This document shows positions 56,446 through 64,000 of a stretch of DNA of 64,000 nt, in pieces; position 1 is the stretch's first letter, and each line of letters begins with the position of its first letter. The stretch covers positions 96,001-160,000 of the IMG/VR virus record IMGVR_UViG_3300020599_000003. The stretch is one strand, 5' to 3'. The notes below the pieces were generated by a model. The model was not told the origin of the DNA and ran no database searches. It saw nothing but the letters and a program-made list of their open reading frames with translations. The position numbers and the translations under genes are program-made. Origin of the DNA: a virus.

Positions 56446-56870
56446 CTTGCGAGTAGCGCCTTTGCCAGGAAGTCGTTGTACGCTGAAGCGGTCTGCTTCT
56501 GTACGCTGCATTCCTTGGCGATCACGGGGGATTCCTTGGTGAAGATGTCGATATTGGATAGTGACAAATCCTGGACTTTCTGCGTGAGAGTGATGAGATT
56601 GAACGCCTGCGTCTTCAGTTCTTTCTGGAGGTCAGCGATCTTGGCGTTGCGGATCGTAGCCTCGGTATTGAACTTGTCGATCTGCGGCTGGTACACCTTG
56701 ACAGTGGCATTGACTCCGTCCTGATACGCTGAGTTGTAGATCCATTTGTACGTGGACAGGCAGGCGACGAACAGGACGGCCAGGGCGACGAGGATTGCGT
56801 AGAATTTCCAGTTGCTGAACAACCCTTTGATGGACGCCCAGATCACTGGTAATGCTGGTAAGGGGATCAT
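56442..56870 (-). CDS. Inner-membrane spanin (Rz-like)
   Basis: N-terminal TM (FYAILVALAVLFVACL) then coiled coil; coupled to the lipoprotein gene. Confidence 0.75.
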   Translation of the reverse strand: MIPLPALPVIWASIKGLFSNWKFYAILVALAVLFVACLSTYKWIYNSAYQDGVNATVKVYQPQIDKFNTEATIRNAKIADLQKELKTQAFNLITLTQKVQDLSLSNIDIFTKESPVIAKECSVQKQTASAYNDFLAKALLAR

Positions 56871-57883
56871 GCGAGCTCCGATTGAGAGAAGTGAGTGCGT
56901 TTGAGCTTGTCGAGAATTTCCTGCGGACAATTGCCGGGGTCCCACAAGGTCTTCTTGAGCCGTGCTGCAAGGGCATCGTTGCCCGCCTTAACAGCGGCAG
57001 CGTACTTCGGCCAGGGATTACCCGCCGTGCGCCATAGTCGAATCGGGGATACCTCCATAAACTTGGAAGCGGATTCTACCACGACATCATTCGCACCGAT
57101 ACCGGCCTCATCGCCATCCATCATAGGAACTAGGTGGTCAACACCACCGGCATCCAGAAGCATCGCCTTGTTATCAGTCCAGCTATTAGTGCCGAACATA
57201 CACATGGCGGGGATGCGGTTCATGAGCAAGCGCAGTGCGTCACGCTGCCCCTCAACCACGACCATCTTGCGCGTGCCGCTCTTCTTCATCATGCGGAGTG
57301 CGAAATCGTACGGGAACAATCCGTCGACCTTGGACCAAGGTCCTCTTGCGTGGATGTACGAAGGCTTCCCCTCCTTCTTTTCCATGCGAGCGTTGGTGTA
57401 ACCGCGCAGTTCCCCGTTGATGAGGCAGGGCATGTAGATGGACTTGACACCCCACTCCTTGTGAATCATGAGCTTGCAGCCGCACGCGATCAGGAGGTTG
57501 GTGGGGATGCCGCGCCACATCTTGTTGCGTGGCAGCGGTGCGCTCCGATAATCCTCTAAGCCGGAGCGGTCGAAAATTTCGAGGGGGTTGTCGTCTGGCT
57601 CGGGCAGATTGGTCATGACCACCGAGGACTTCAGCGGCTTCATGGGGTCTCGTACGAACGGCTCAAGGCCCGTCGCTAGGGCTACGTCGTCGTATGTCCA
57701 CTTCTGCTTGCAGGCAAAGCATTCGGCGATGCCGCTGCGGTAGTAGACGCGCATGGATGGGGACGTGTCTTGATGGAACGGGCAACAGATCATTGTTGCC
57801 TTCCCATTACCCATACGCTTGCTCTGTGGTAAGAGAGACAGTTGCGCAGCTATATGTCTAGCACGGTCGTCATTGGAAAGCAT
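56867..57883 (-). CDS. dnaG: DNA primase (zinc finger + TOPRIM)
   Basis: CCPFHQDTSPS...ECFAC; VVVEGQRDA, MFGT, MDGD. Confidence 0.9.
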   Translation of the reverse strand: MLSNDDRARHIAAQLSLLPQSKRMGNGKATMICCPFHQDTSPSMRVYYRSGIAECFACKQKWTYDDVALATGLEPFVRDPMKPLKSSVVMTNLPEPDDNPLEIFDRSGLEDYRSAPLPRNKMWRGIPTNLLIACGCKLMIHKEWGVKSIYMPCLINGELRGYTNARMEKKEGKPSYIHARGPWSKVDGLFPYDFALRMMKKSGTRKMVVVEGQRDALRLLMNRIPAMCMFGTNSWTDNKAMLLDAGGVDHLVPMMDGDEAGIGANDVVVESASKFMEVSPIRLWRTAGNPWPKYAAAVKAGNDALAARLKKTLWDPGNCPQEILDKLKRTHFSQSELA

Positions 57884-57885
57884 GA

Positions 57886-58284
57886 CTAGTTCAGCGAAGA
57901 CTTAGGTGGGGTCGGGACTAGGGGTTCAGGTAGAGTGAGGCACGAGCCACCAAACTGGAACACGAACTCGTGGAGTTGGGTGGGCTTTACTGCTTCATTT
58001 ACTATAGCCTCTGTGATGGTCTGCAGGAGCGATTCGGGATCCTGGCTAAAGAACCTCACTTCGTACAGGACGTTGGTTTCGTCACTGATGGTGAGTCGGT
58101 GTTGCGTGGCAGGGACCCGCGTGCCAAGCTCCAGAACGACTTCCAGGTGAGTGTCTGGGCCGTCAATGAAGTACGTGATAGGCTCGTCGCACACCTTCTC
58201 GCAGCTAAAGCCTGCGAGCTGCCCTGCATTCAGCCATATATTTGCGATACGCGGGATCTTGCCATCGTCGTTTGGCATCTTCAC
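57886..58284 (-). CDS. Hypothetical protein
   Basis: 132-aa ORF; its start lies inside the endonuclease 3' end. Confidence 0.55.
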   Translation of the reverse strand: MKMPNDDGKIPRIANIWLNAGQLAGFSCEKVCDEPITYFIDGPDTHLEVVLELGTRVPATQHRLTISDETNVLYEVRFFSQDPESLLQTITEAIVNEAVKPTQLHEFVFQFGGSCLTLPEPLVPTPPKSSLN

Positions 58285-59071
58285 TCCTTGCTTTCAATCG
58301 TTCAGGATCTTGCCAAGCCTTCTTGAGCGCTTCAGCGTTCTTCTTCCGATGCGTCGGATCCTTCCACCGCTCTCTAGAAGCCTTGCTTACAGCCTTCAGA
58401 CGCTTTGGATCCTTCCACTGTTCCGTAGCAGATTCACTCTTACGCTTTCTTCTATCTGGGTCTTCCCAGAACTTCTTCGCAATTTCACTAGCAGCCTTGC
58501 GCAGTTCCGGATCTTGCCAGCGCTTCTTCGCAACTTCACTCATAGTTTGACTGGCTGCCCGCTTTCTCGCGGGGGTTGCCCAGCTTTTCTTATGGATTTC
58601 GCTCAGACGTTTTCGAAACTCCGGATCTTGCCATTGCGCCTTGGAAAGTTCACTGCGAATTGCCCTGAGTTGAGGGTTGCCCCAGGTTTCCCTCATCTTA
58701 CGGAGGTACTGCTCAGTAGGTATGTACCCGGATGTGCCGTCTCCTCCAAGAGTCAGGTTCGCCAAGCAGCCCGTACCGTCGACTTCTCTACCATAATATG
58801 CGATCCACTCGCATTCCAGCTTTAGAGCCTGTGCTTCGGTGAGACCTTCGTTAAGGATCTTAACGCGGATACGCTTCCCATCAGCAAGATCTTTCCGGAT
58901 GATGTTGCTCTTATGCGACTTCCCACGAAGATTGGATTCCATGAGATGTGACTCTGCCCTGCGCCCGTGGCCCTTCCCTATATAGAAGGGTTTCTGTTTC
59001 CGTTCACGATATAGACCGTAGACATAGAAGATTTTCTTACGGGACTTGGCATTGCTTCTTACAGTGCTCAT
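58205..59071 (-). mobile_element. Free-standing GIY-YIG homing endonuclease (intact)
   Basis: FYVYGL...FYIGKG, LECEWIAYYGR..GTGCLANLTLGGDG, tandem KKxWQDPE repeats; close paralogue of 27817..28521. Confidence 0.85.
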
Positions 59072-59089
59072 GGCAGCTCCGACTCAGAC

Positions 59090-59116
59090 AGTGGTTAGTA
59101 GTGCCATAAAATTGGG
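59090..59116 (-). promoter_or_regulatory. 27-bp promoter/leader element identical to 28702-28728
   Basis: AGTGGTTAGTAGTGCCATAAAATTGGG on +. Confidence 0.75.
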
Positions 59117-59208
59117 TGCATCACTTACCTTCTCGCATTCCATGCGTGGGAATAGTCCGAGTGGTACGAGCATTGGTTGTCCTTTCGGGGCTTCGGCCCC
59201 GAGTGAGA

Positions 59209-62200
59209 TTACTTCTTGTCCTTGTCGGTAGGTTCGAAGGAGTATGCAGCCGCCATCTTGAGTGCGTCGGGGACTACGTTGATGGCTTCAGGGACACCAA
59301 GCAGCGGGAATCGCTTGTGCAGGTATGCACGAGTGTTCTTGTTGATCCACGGTGCGAAGGCGCGCCTCATCGCTTCCTTCGGACTGCAGTCCAGCAGGCC
59401 CAACTTCTCGCCGTCCTTGATCGACTCGCCGATGCATTCGACCAGCGACTTCATGCTGAAGTCGAACTTGTACGAGTTGGAATCGTCCATCCCGAATTCA
59501 GCCTCGATCTCCGGCTCGATGGTGTATTCCAAGCCGAAGTACTTCTTCACACGGTCGCGCGAACCGTAGGTGGCCTCATGCATCATGATGTGGAGCAGCG
59601 GGATCACCATGTCTATTGGAACCATGAAGTAAGATGCATCATGGACGATACGCTGCACGTACAGCTTCGATGCGTGCTCCACGTCGAGATCTAGCTCCTT
59701 GGCAATAACCGGCGCTTCCATGTAGAACGTCTTGTCGATGGCCCGATTGGCTTCCGTACCCTGCTCCGATGCTACACCCTGGATAGGGGCGTTGACACCT
59801 CGACGAACCTGCTTGGCCTGCGCCTGATTCTCCTGGATGAGCGCGGCGTACAGATGGCGGATGCGGCCGAAGGGCGAATACACGTGGAGCTTCTCCACGG
59901 CCTGCTTCTTCATGCGTTCGAGCCACGCGGCACCGCGCGGGAAGGCTGCTAGAAGCTTGTCCATGATGCCCTGAGCATATTCCTCACGATCCTCGGCACG
60001 GATCTTGGCCATCATGCGCAATTGCTCGGCGACTTCCCTGTCGATCTCAGCGGCTCGCTTGGGATCAACCCCCGCCTTCTTCTCCTTGCGCAGCGCGACG
60101 ATCTTGTCCTTGATCGCTACGATGTCCGCCGCCTTGGTTTGCTCACCGAGCGAGGCAGCACCCAGGCCGTAGATGGTGCCGAACACGGCGCGCTTAACGG
60201 CGTCACGCAGCGAGTCGGACTTCTCGACGATCTTGTTGAAGAACAGCTTGACGTTCTGAATGTGAACATCCCCGTCAGTCTTGATTTTCTTCTTGACCTC
60301 ATCTGTTGGCGTAAGGATCCATTGCTGTCGTAACTTCTGCCCCTTGCGGAACGTGTCCGCAATCACCTTGTCGCCCGACACAATCGACCAGAACCGCACC
60401 TCGTGCGCGGAGAAGTCGAACTTGAGCAGGATATAACCCTTGCGCGCCACGAACGCCCGCTTGATCAGCTTGGCAGCGCGACCTCGCTGTGGAATAACTT
60501 GGAGCGAAGGTTCATACGACGCCAGACGACCAGTGGTCACACCCATGTACGAGTAGTCAGGGCGCAGCGTGTAGTCCGTAACACCGTCAATTGTGGTGCG
60601 CAGGCGCTTCAACCAGCCCCGCGCATACGTGCCGTAGAGCTTGTCGATTTCCTGGTATTCCGCGTAGGTCTCGACCTCGGCCACGCTCATCTTGTACTGT
60701 TCGATGAACACCTTGTCGATGGCAGGTTGACCTTTGTCCGTGAAATCAACTGGCTCTAGCTTGAGTTGGTCGATGAATAGCGCAATGCGGTGGGCGGGCT
60801 TGGACGGAGTGAACAACCACTTCGACGCCGAAGCCGCCGACGGAGCTTCCTTGGCCCACAGACCCATGCCCCGGAAACCTGAGTTGCCCAGCAGGGCGGC
60901 ATTGGTTGCCTGGACGCTGTCGTAGGCCCGCAGCTCCTCGTCCTTCTCGTGGATTTCGATCTTAAGCGGAGAGTTGTCGCTAACCAGATGGCGCAGGTAA
61001 TCCACGTCTATTGCTGAGCCACACTGTCGCATGCGCGAAAGCTGATGCTCGGTTTCGCCCATGATGTACCGCATGTGGCGCCGGAAATACGGCGCGTAGT
61101 TGCGATCACCGATGAGCTGGTGCGAGGCACGCAGCATCTGTGCTCTCTTGAGTAGTTGCAGGTGCAGCACGTCGGCCGCGCAATATTTCAGCAGGCCGGG
61201 GTCGTTTGGTGGCACCTGACCGCAGGTGTCCCGCTCTTCCTTACCGAACTCCGCCGTGCTGTAGAAGTCGGACCCATAGTAGTGCGAGACGTAGCTCAAG
61301 CCGCCAGACGGCGTACCAAAGACCTTGAGCTGGTTGGCGTTCTCGTCCAGCAGATGCTCGCCCGCACGAATCTCCCAGACGTAGTGGGGCACGATCTGCA
61401 CACCCAGCACCGAGCGGATGATCCGCAAGTCGAATGCACCGTTGAAGAACAGGAGCTCGGGCAGCTCGGTGTTGTCGCAGATTTGGTGGATGCGGTGATT
61501 GGGGTGATACTTCTTCTCCCCGTTGTACTTCTTGCGGTAGAAGCTGCGGTCGCCGCGGAACGCACTGCGCAGCGTGGCCGACCAGCGTTTAGTCTGCTCC
61601 GGGGTCAGCGGCGTGGACGGGTGGTTCAACGGGATGATGTACTGCGCCCCGAGTTCTTCCTCGAAACAGAACTGGATCATGTAGATCGCGTTCTTGTACA
61701 CCGAGAGGCTTCGCGTTTCCGTGTCGATTGCCACAGCCTTGGTTTTGCGCAGCTTTTCCATGACTGCGTTGAACTTGGCATCGGTGTCAACGAAGCGCGG
61801 GCGCAGGTTCCTCTTGAACTCCGGGCCAATGTCGTAGGGGTTGCGCCCAATGATCAGGTTGGCTAGGTGATGGCACCAGAAGCCGAACAGATTGCCCTTC
61901 GCACCGTCCATTTCGATAAGGCGGGCGAAGTCGAGCGTGTTGACTGTCGGGAGGGTGACTTTGCCGTAGGGCAGTTGGTGATACCAGCCGCGCTTGAGCT
62001 GACTGTCCTTCACCGTCGGGTGCATGGCTTTCATGGCCTGATCACCGGCTATCAGGACCTTGTGAGGCTTAACCTTCTGGATGATTTCATGCACGCGGCG
62101 GGCGAACCGCGCCTCTTCCTGAGCACGCAGCTCAGGTGGAAGGTGCAAGTGTTTACGAGCATTGAAGTTGACGACCGTGTAGGTCGGCGGGGTTAGGTCG

Positions 62201-62418
62201 GGATCGATGCGCCGGGCGTGCTGCCGCGCGTAAGCGACAACGGCCTTGAAGGTGGGCATCACCTCCTTGGACAGAAGCGTCTTGGCTTCGATGTCCCGGA
62301 AATCCACCGACTGCATGACGATCAGAATATGGTTGGACGTCGAGCGGTGGTCATCCTGGTAGAGCGAGAGGTCGTAGGACTCCCCGAACTCCTTGGGTTC
62401 GTACTTGAATCGTGCCAT
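59209..62418 (-). CDS. polA: Family A DNA polymerase with a 3'-5' exonuclease and a UDG-like N-terminal domain
   Basis: Exonuclease AIDTET, FNGAFDL, YCAADV; polymerase TGRLAS, FDFSAHEVR, RDAVKRAVFGTIYG, NAPIQG, VHDA. About 200 extra N-terminal residues (IQKVKPHKVLIAGDQA) resemble UDG-fold domains. Confidence 0.93.
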   Translation of the reverse strand: MARFKYEPKEFGESYDLSLYQDDHRSTSNHILIVMQSVDFRDIEAKTLLSKEVMPTFKAVVAYARQHARRIDPDLTPPTYTVVNFNARKHLHLPPELRAQEEARFARRVHEIIQKVKPHKVLIAGDQAMKAMHPTVKDSQLKRGWYHQLPYGKVTLPTVNTLDFARLIEMDGAKGNLFGFWCHHLANLIIGRNPYDIGPEFKRNLRPRFVDTDAKFNAVMEKLRKTKAVAIDTETRSLSVYKNAIYMIQFCFEEELGAQYIIPLNHPSTPLTPEQTKRWSATLRSAFRGDRSFYRKKYNGEKKYHPNHRIHQICDNTELPELLFFNGAFDLRIIRSVLGVQIVPHYVWEIRAGEHLLDENANQLKVFGTPSGGLSYVSHYYGSDFYSTAEFGKEERDTCGQVPPNDPGLLKYCAADVLHLQLLKRAQMLRASHQLIGDRNYAPYFRRHMRYIMGETEHQLSRMRQCGSAIDVDYLRHLVSDNSPLKIEIHEKDEELRAYDSVQATNAALLGNSGFRGMGLWAKEAPSAASASKWLFTPSKPAHRIALFIDQLKLEPVDFTDKGQPAIDKVFIEQYKMSVAEVETYAEYQEIDKLYGTYARGWLKRLRTTIDGVTDYTLRPDYSYMGVTTGRLASYEPSLQVIPQRGRAAKLIKRAFVARKGYILLKFDFSAHEVRFWSIVSGDKVIADTFRKGQKLRQQWILTPTDEVKKKIKTDGDVHIQNVKLFFNKIVEKSDSLRDAVKRAVFGTIYGLGAASLGEQTKAADIVAIKDKIVALRKEKKAGVDPKRAAEIDREVAEQLRMMAKIRAEDREEYAQGIMDKLLAAFPRGAAWLERMKKQAVEKLHVYSPFGRIRHLYAALIQENQAQAKQVRRGVNAPIQGVASEQGTEANRAIDKTFYMEAPVIAKELDLDVEHASKLYVQRIVHDASYFMVPIDMVIPLLHIMMHEATYGSRDRVKKYFGLEYTIEPEIEAEFGMDDSNSYKFDFSMKSLVECIGESIKDGEKLGLLDCSPKEAMRRAFAPWINKNTRAYLHKRFPLLGVPEAINVVPDALKMAAAYSFEPTDKDKK

Positions 62419-62498
62419 TGTGTGCTGTCTCTCTAGCTATGGCGTTGGAAATGCAAAAGGGCCAGGAATCACCCCGGCCCTGTACTGCTGATGCGTAT

Positions 62499-62852
62499 TT
62501 ACGCCGAAGCGCGCTGCTCAGCTCGGAGCAGCTTCAGCTCACGGGCAGCGTCGCGCAGGCGATCGAGGTTCTTGGTCGAGGCGTCATCCGCCCACGCAAG
62601 CGCAGCAGCCAGCACGTCGGATTCCGCGATCTCGATGTCTTCGGGAACTACGATTTCCAGGCTATGGATACGCACGCTGGAACGTGTGGCGAGAAGCCCC
62701 GTAAGCTCGGCTTCCTGAAAGTCCTGCTTGAGCTTGTCCAGCTGTTCCTGGGTAGGTTCCCAGTCCGGGTTGCCTGCCGTGATGTGCGTCATGGTGCGCG
62801 TCTTCGCCGCACGCAGGCTGATGGGCAGTTGGGGTTCGCTGCGCTCGCTCAT
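62499..62852 (-). CDS. Small protein containing a paralogue of a portal segment
   Basis: Start MSERSE at 62852; MTHITAGNPDWEPTQEQLDKLKQDFQEAEL..ATRSSV aligns to portal MTHVTAGDSDWTPTGQELAALVEQFMAAEL..TTRNSV. Confidence 0.7.
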   Translation of the reverse strand: MSERSEPQLPISLRAAKTRTMTHITAGNPDWEPTQEQLDKLKQDFQEAELTGLLATRSSVRIHSLEIVVPEDIEIAESDVLAAALAWADDASTKNLDRLRDAARELKLLRAEQRASA

Positions 62853-63169
62853 TCGAGTTCGTCCAGTCCTTTGTCCAACTCGTCCAACTCGTCCTGCTCG
62901 CCGCGCTCGAAGCACAGCACGTTGCTGATCGAGATCAGGTGGACGTCCTCGCTGATGCGCGTGAAGCGGTCGTAGTACACGGTGTCGCCGACCTTGACTT
63001 CGTTGTACACCGTCTTGCCATACTCGGTACGGGCACGGGCGACGGCCTTGACCACGCCGACCTTGTATTCACGGTTCGTGGTTTGTGCCAGCACGATGCC
63101 GCCGGCCGAGGTCTTCTCGTCGTCTTTCGGGGTGACCAAGACGCGGTCGCCAAATACTTGCAATGTCAC
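62849..63169 (-). CDS. groES: GroES-like co-chaperonin
   Basis: LQVFGDRVLV, KTSAGGIVL, G.VKAV, VKVGDTVYY. Confidence 0.9.
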   Translation of the reverse strand: MTLQVFGDRVLVTPKDDEKTSAGGIVLAQTTNREYKVGVVKAVARARTEYGKTVYNEVKVGDTVYYDRFTRISEDVHLISISNVLCFERGEQDELDELDKGLDELE

Positions 63170-63217
63170 GTGTATCTCCTTGGTTGCGCCGGGCCGGTAT
63201 GGCCCTAGACATGGTAT

Positions 63218-63475
63218 TTACTGCTTTGGCAGGAAGTCCAGGTTCCAGCGAATGCTGCGGCTGGCCCAGATATTGACGCGAGTTTGTAGGTTGTCGGGGC
63301 GGCAATGCACGCCAAACCCGGCGATGCGGCCCGCGCTATGCTCGTTGCGCAGGAAGCGGGTAAGGCCCGTGACGATGTCAGCGTAGGCATCGGATGGACG
63401 CTCGTTGTTTTGGACCGCCTGCGCATAGAGCGTCTGGAGCTGGCCCTGCAAAGCAGATGGGTAGTCGGCTGTCAT
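63218..63475 (-). CDS. Hypothetical protein
   Basis: 85-aa ORF coupled to the helicase stop (ATGA). Confidence 0.55.
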   Translation of the reverse strand: MTADYPSALQGQLQTLYAQAVQNNERPSDAYADIVTGLTRFLRNEHSAGRIAGFGVHCRPDNLQTRVNIWASRSIRWNLDFLPKQ

Positions 63476-64000
63476 ATGGCGAAGATCAAGTTATTTGATG
63501 GGCGTGTGCAGGCCGAGTAGCGCCAGCGCGCCGCGTTCTCGCGGGCGATGTACGACTCGTCATACACAAGAACGTTCTTGAAGGTGGAACCTTGTGCCTT
63601 GTGCGCAGTCAGGACGTGGCCGAAATCGAAGGAGGACGTGGCCGCGAGTTGCTTCCAGTGCAGCGTGTCGGGGTCGCCAGTGAAGAAATCCACCGGCACC
63701 ACGACATTGACTTCGTTGGACTCATTGCCCTGTTCACGCAAGCGCATGGAGACGACCTGTACCGTGACTTGCTCGCCTTCGGGACCAGGATCGTCCGGAC
63801 CCCAGACGGACTTGTGCTCCGTCACCTCGCCTGTGTATCGGTTGGTGCGGTAGTAGAAGCACTTGTGGGTGAAGGGGCCGGTGAGGTCCAGCACTTCCCA
63901 CATCTGCCCGTTGATGAGGCCACGTGAGCGCTCGTTCTTCAGGCAGATGAGCAGTTCACCCTTTTCGGGATAGGGGCTCTTGTACTCGAATACGTCGCGG
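63472..64000 (-). CDS. RecD/Dda-like SF1 helicase, C-terminal part (5' end outside the window)
   Basis: Frame is open to the window edge (ELLICLKNERSRGLINGQ); FGHVLTAHKAQGSTFKNV and RWRYSACTR are motifs V/VI. Confidence 0.85.
   Translation of the reverse strand, partial: RDVFEYKSPYPEKGELLICLKNERSRGLINGQMWEVLDLTGPFTHKCFYYRTNRYTGEVTEHKSVWGPDDPGPEGEQVTVQVVSMRLREQGNESNEVNVVVPVDFFTGDPDTLHWKQLAATSSFDFGHVLTAHKAQGSTFKNVLVYDESYIARENAARWRYSACTRPSNNLIFAI

Noticed and set aside
66-63927. Long plus-strand ORFs (e.g. 66..1331, 4784..5887, 18298..19608, 21400..23289, 36086..37648, 44172..45491)
   Set aside because: They lie antisense to well-supported minus-strand genes, show no motifs, and are the expected shadows of strong GC3 codon bias.
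1-64000. tRNA, rRNA, introns or inteins
   Set aside because: No cloverleaf or rRNA-like segments in the short intergenic gaps; polA, terL and recA are uninterrupted, with no intein motifs recognised.

Overview
A 64-kb slice of a GC-rich jumbo myovirus genome. Gene content resembles the RSL1/Lu11/PaBG type; that assignment is inference, not tested. Essentially every credible gene is on the minus strand, and the long plus-strand ORFs are antisense shadows. Layout by coordinate: (1) 1-20.5 kb, contractile tail/baseplate module (fibre and chaperone, wedge, PAAR, spike, hub, GH19 and SLT muralytic enzymes, tape-measure-like, tube-like). (2) 20.7-34.6 kb, portal, Acb1-like 2H phosphoesterase, RuvC, Mre11/gp47-like nuclease, PhoH and large terminase. 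(3) 34.6-40.7 kb, RecA-like recombinase, SSB-like protein, thioredoxin, sigma-70 region-2-like factor, SWIM protein and an Acb2 fusion. (4) 40.7-53.8 kb, a contiguous 15-gene nucleotide/sugar modification locus. (5) 53.9-64 kb, zincin peptidase, spanins, primase, family-A polymerase with a UDG-like N-terminus, GroES and a RecD-like helicase. The standout is the modification locus. It combines a dUMP-type thymidylate-synthase homologue, a 5-hmdU DNA kinase, GalE, four TAGT/base-J-type glycosyltransferases, a sugar kinase with a nucleotidyltransferase, two HAD phosphatases, two PAPS-dependent sulfotransferases and an APS-kinase-like enzyme. Together these predict a glycosylated and sulfated thymidine hypermodification. 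Other notable items: a stand-alone paralogue of a portal segment, RHH + GIY-YIG two-gene cassettes with a shared promoter, and several decayed small genes missed by the ORF track. All family calls come from motif recognition by eye and need HMM or structure confirmation.
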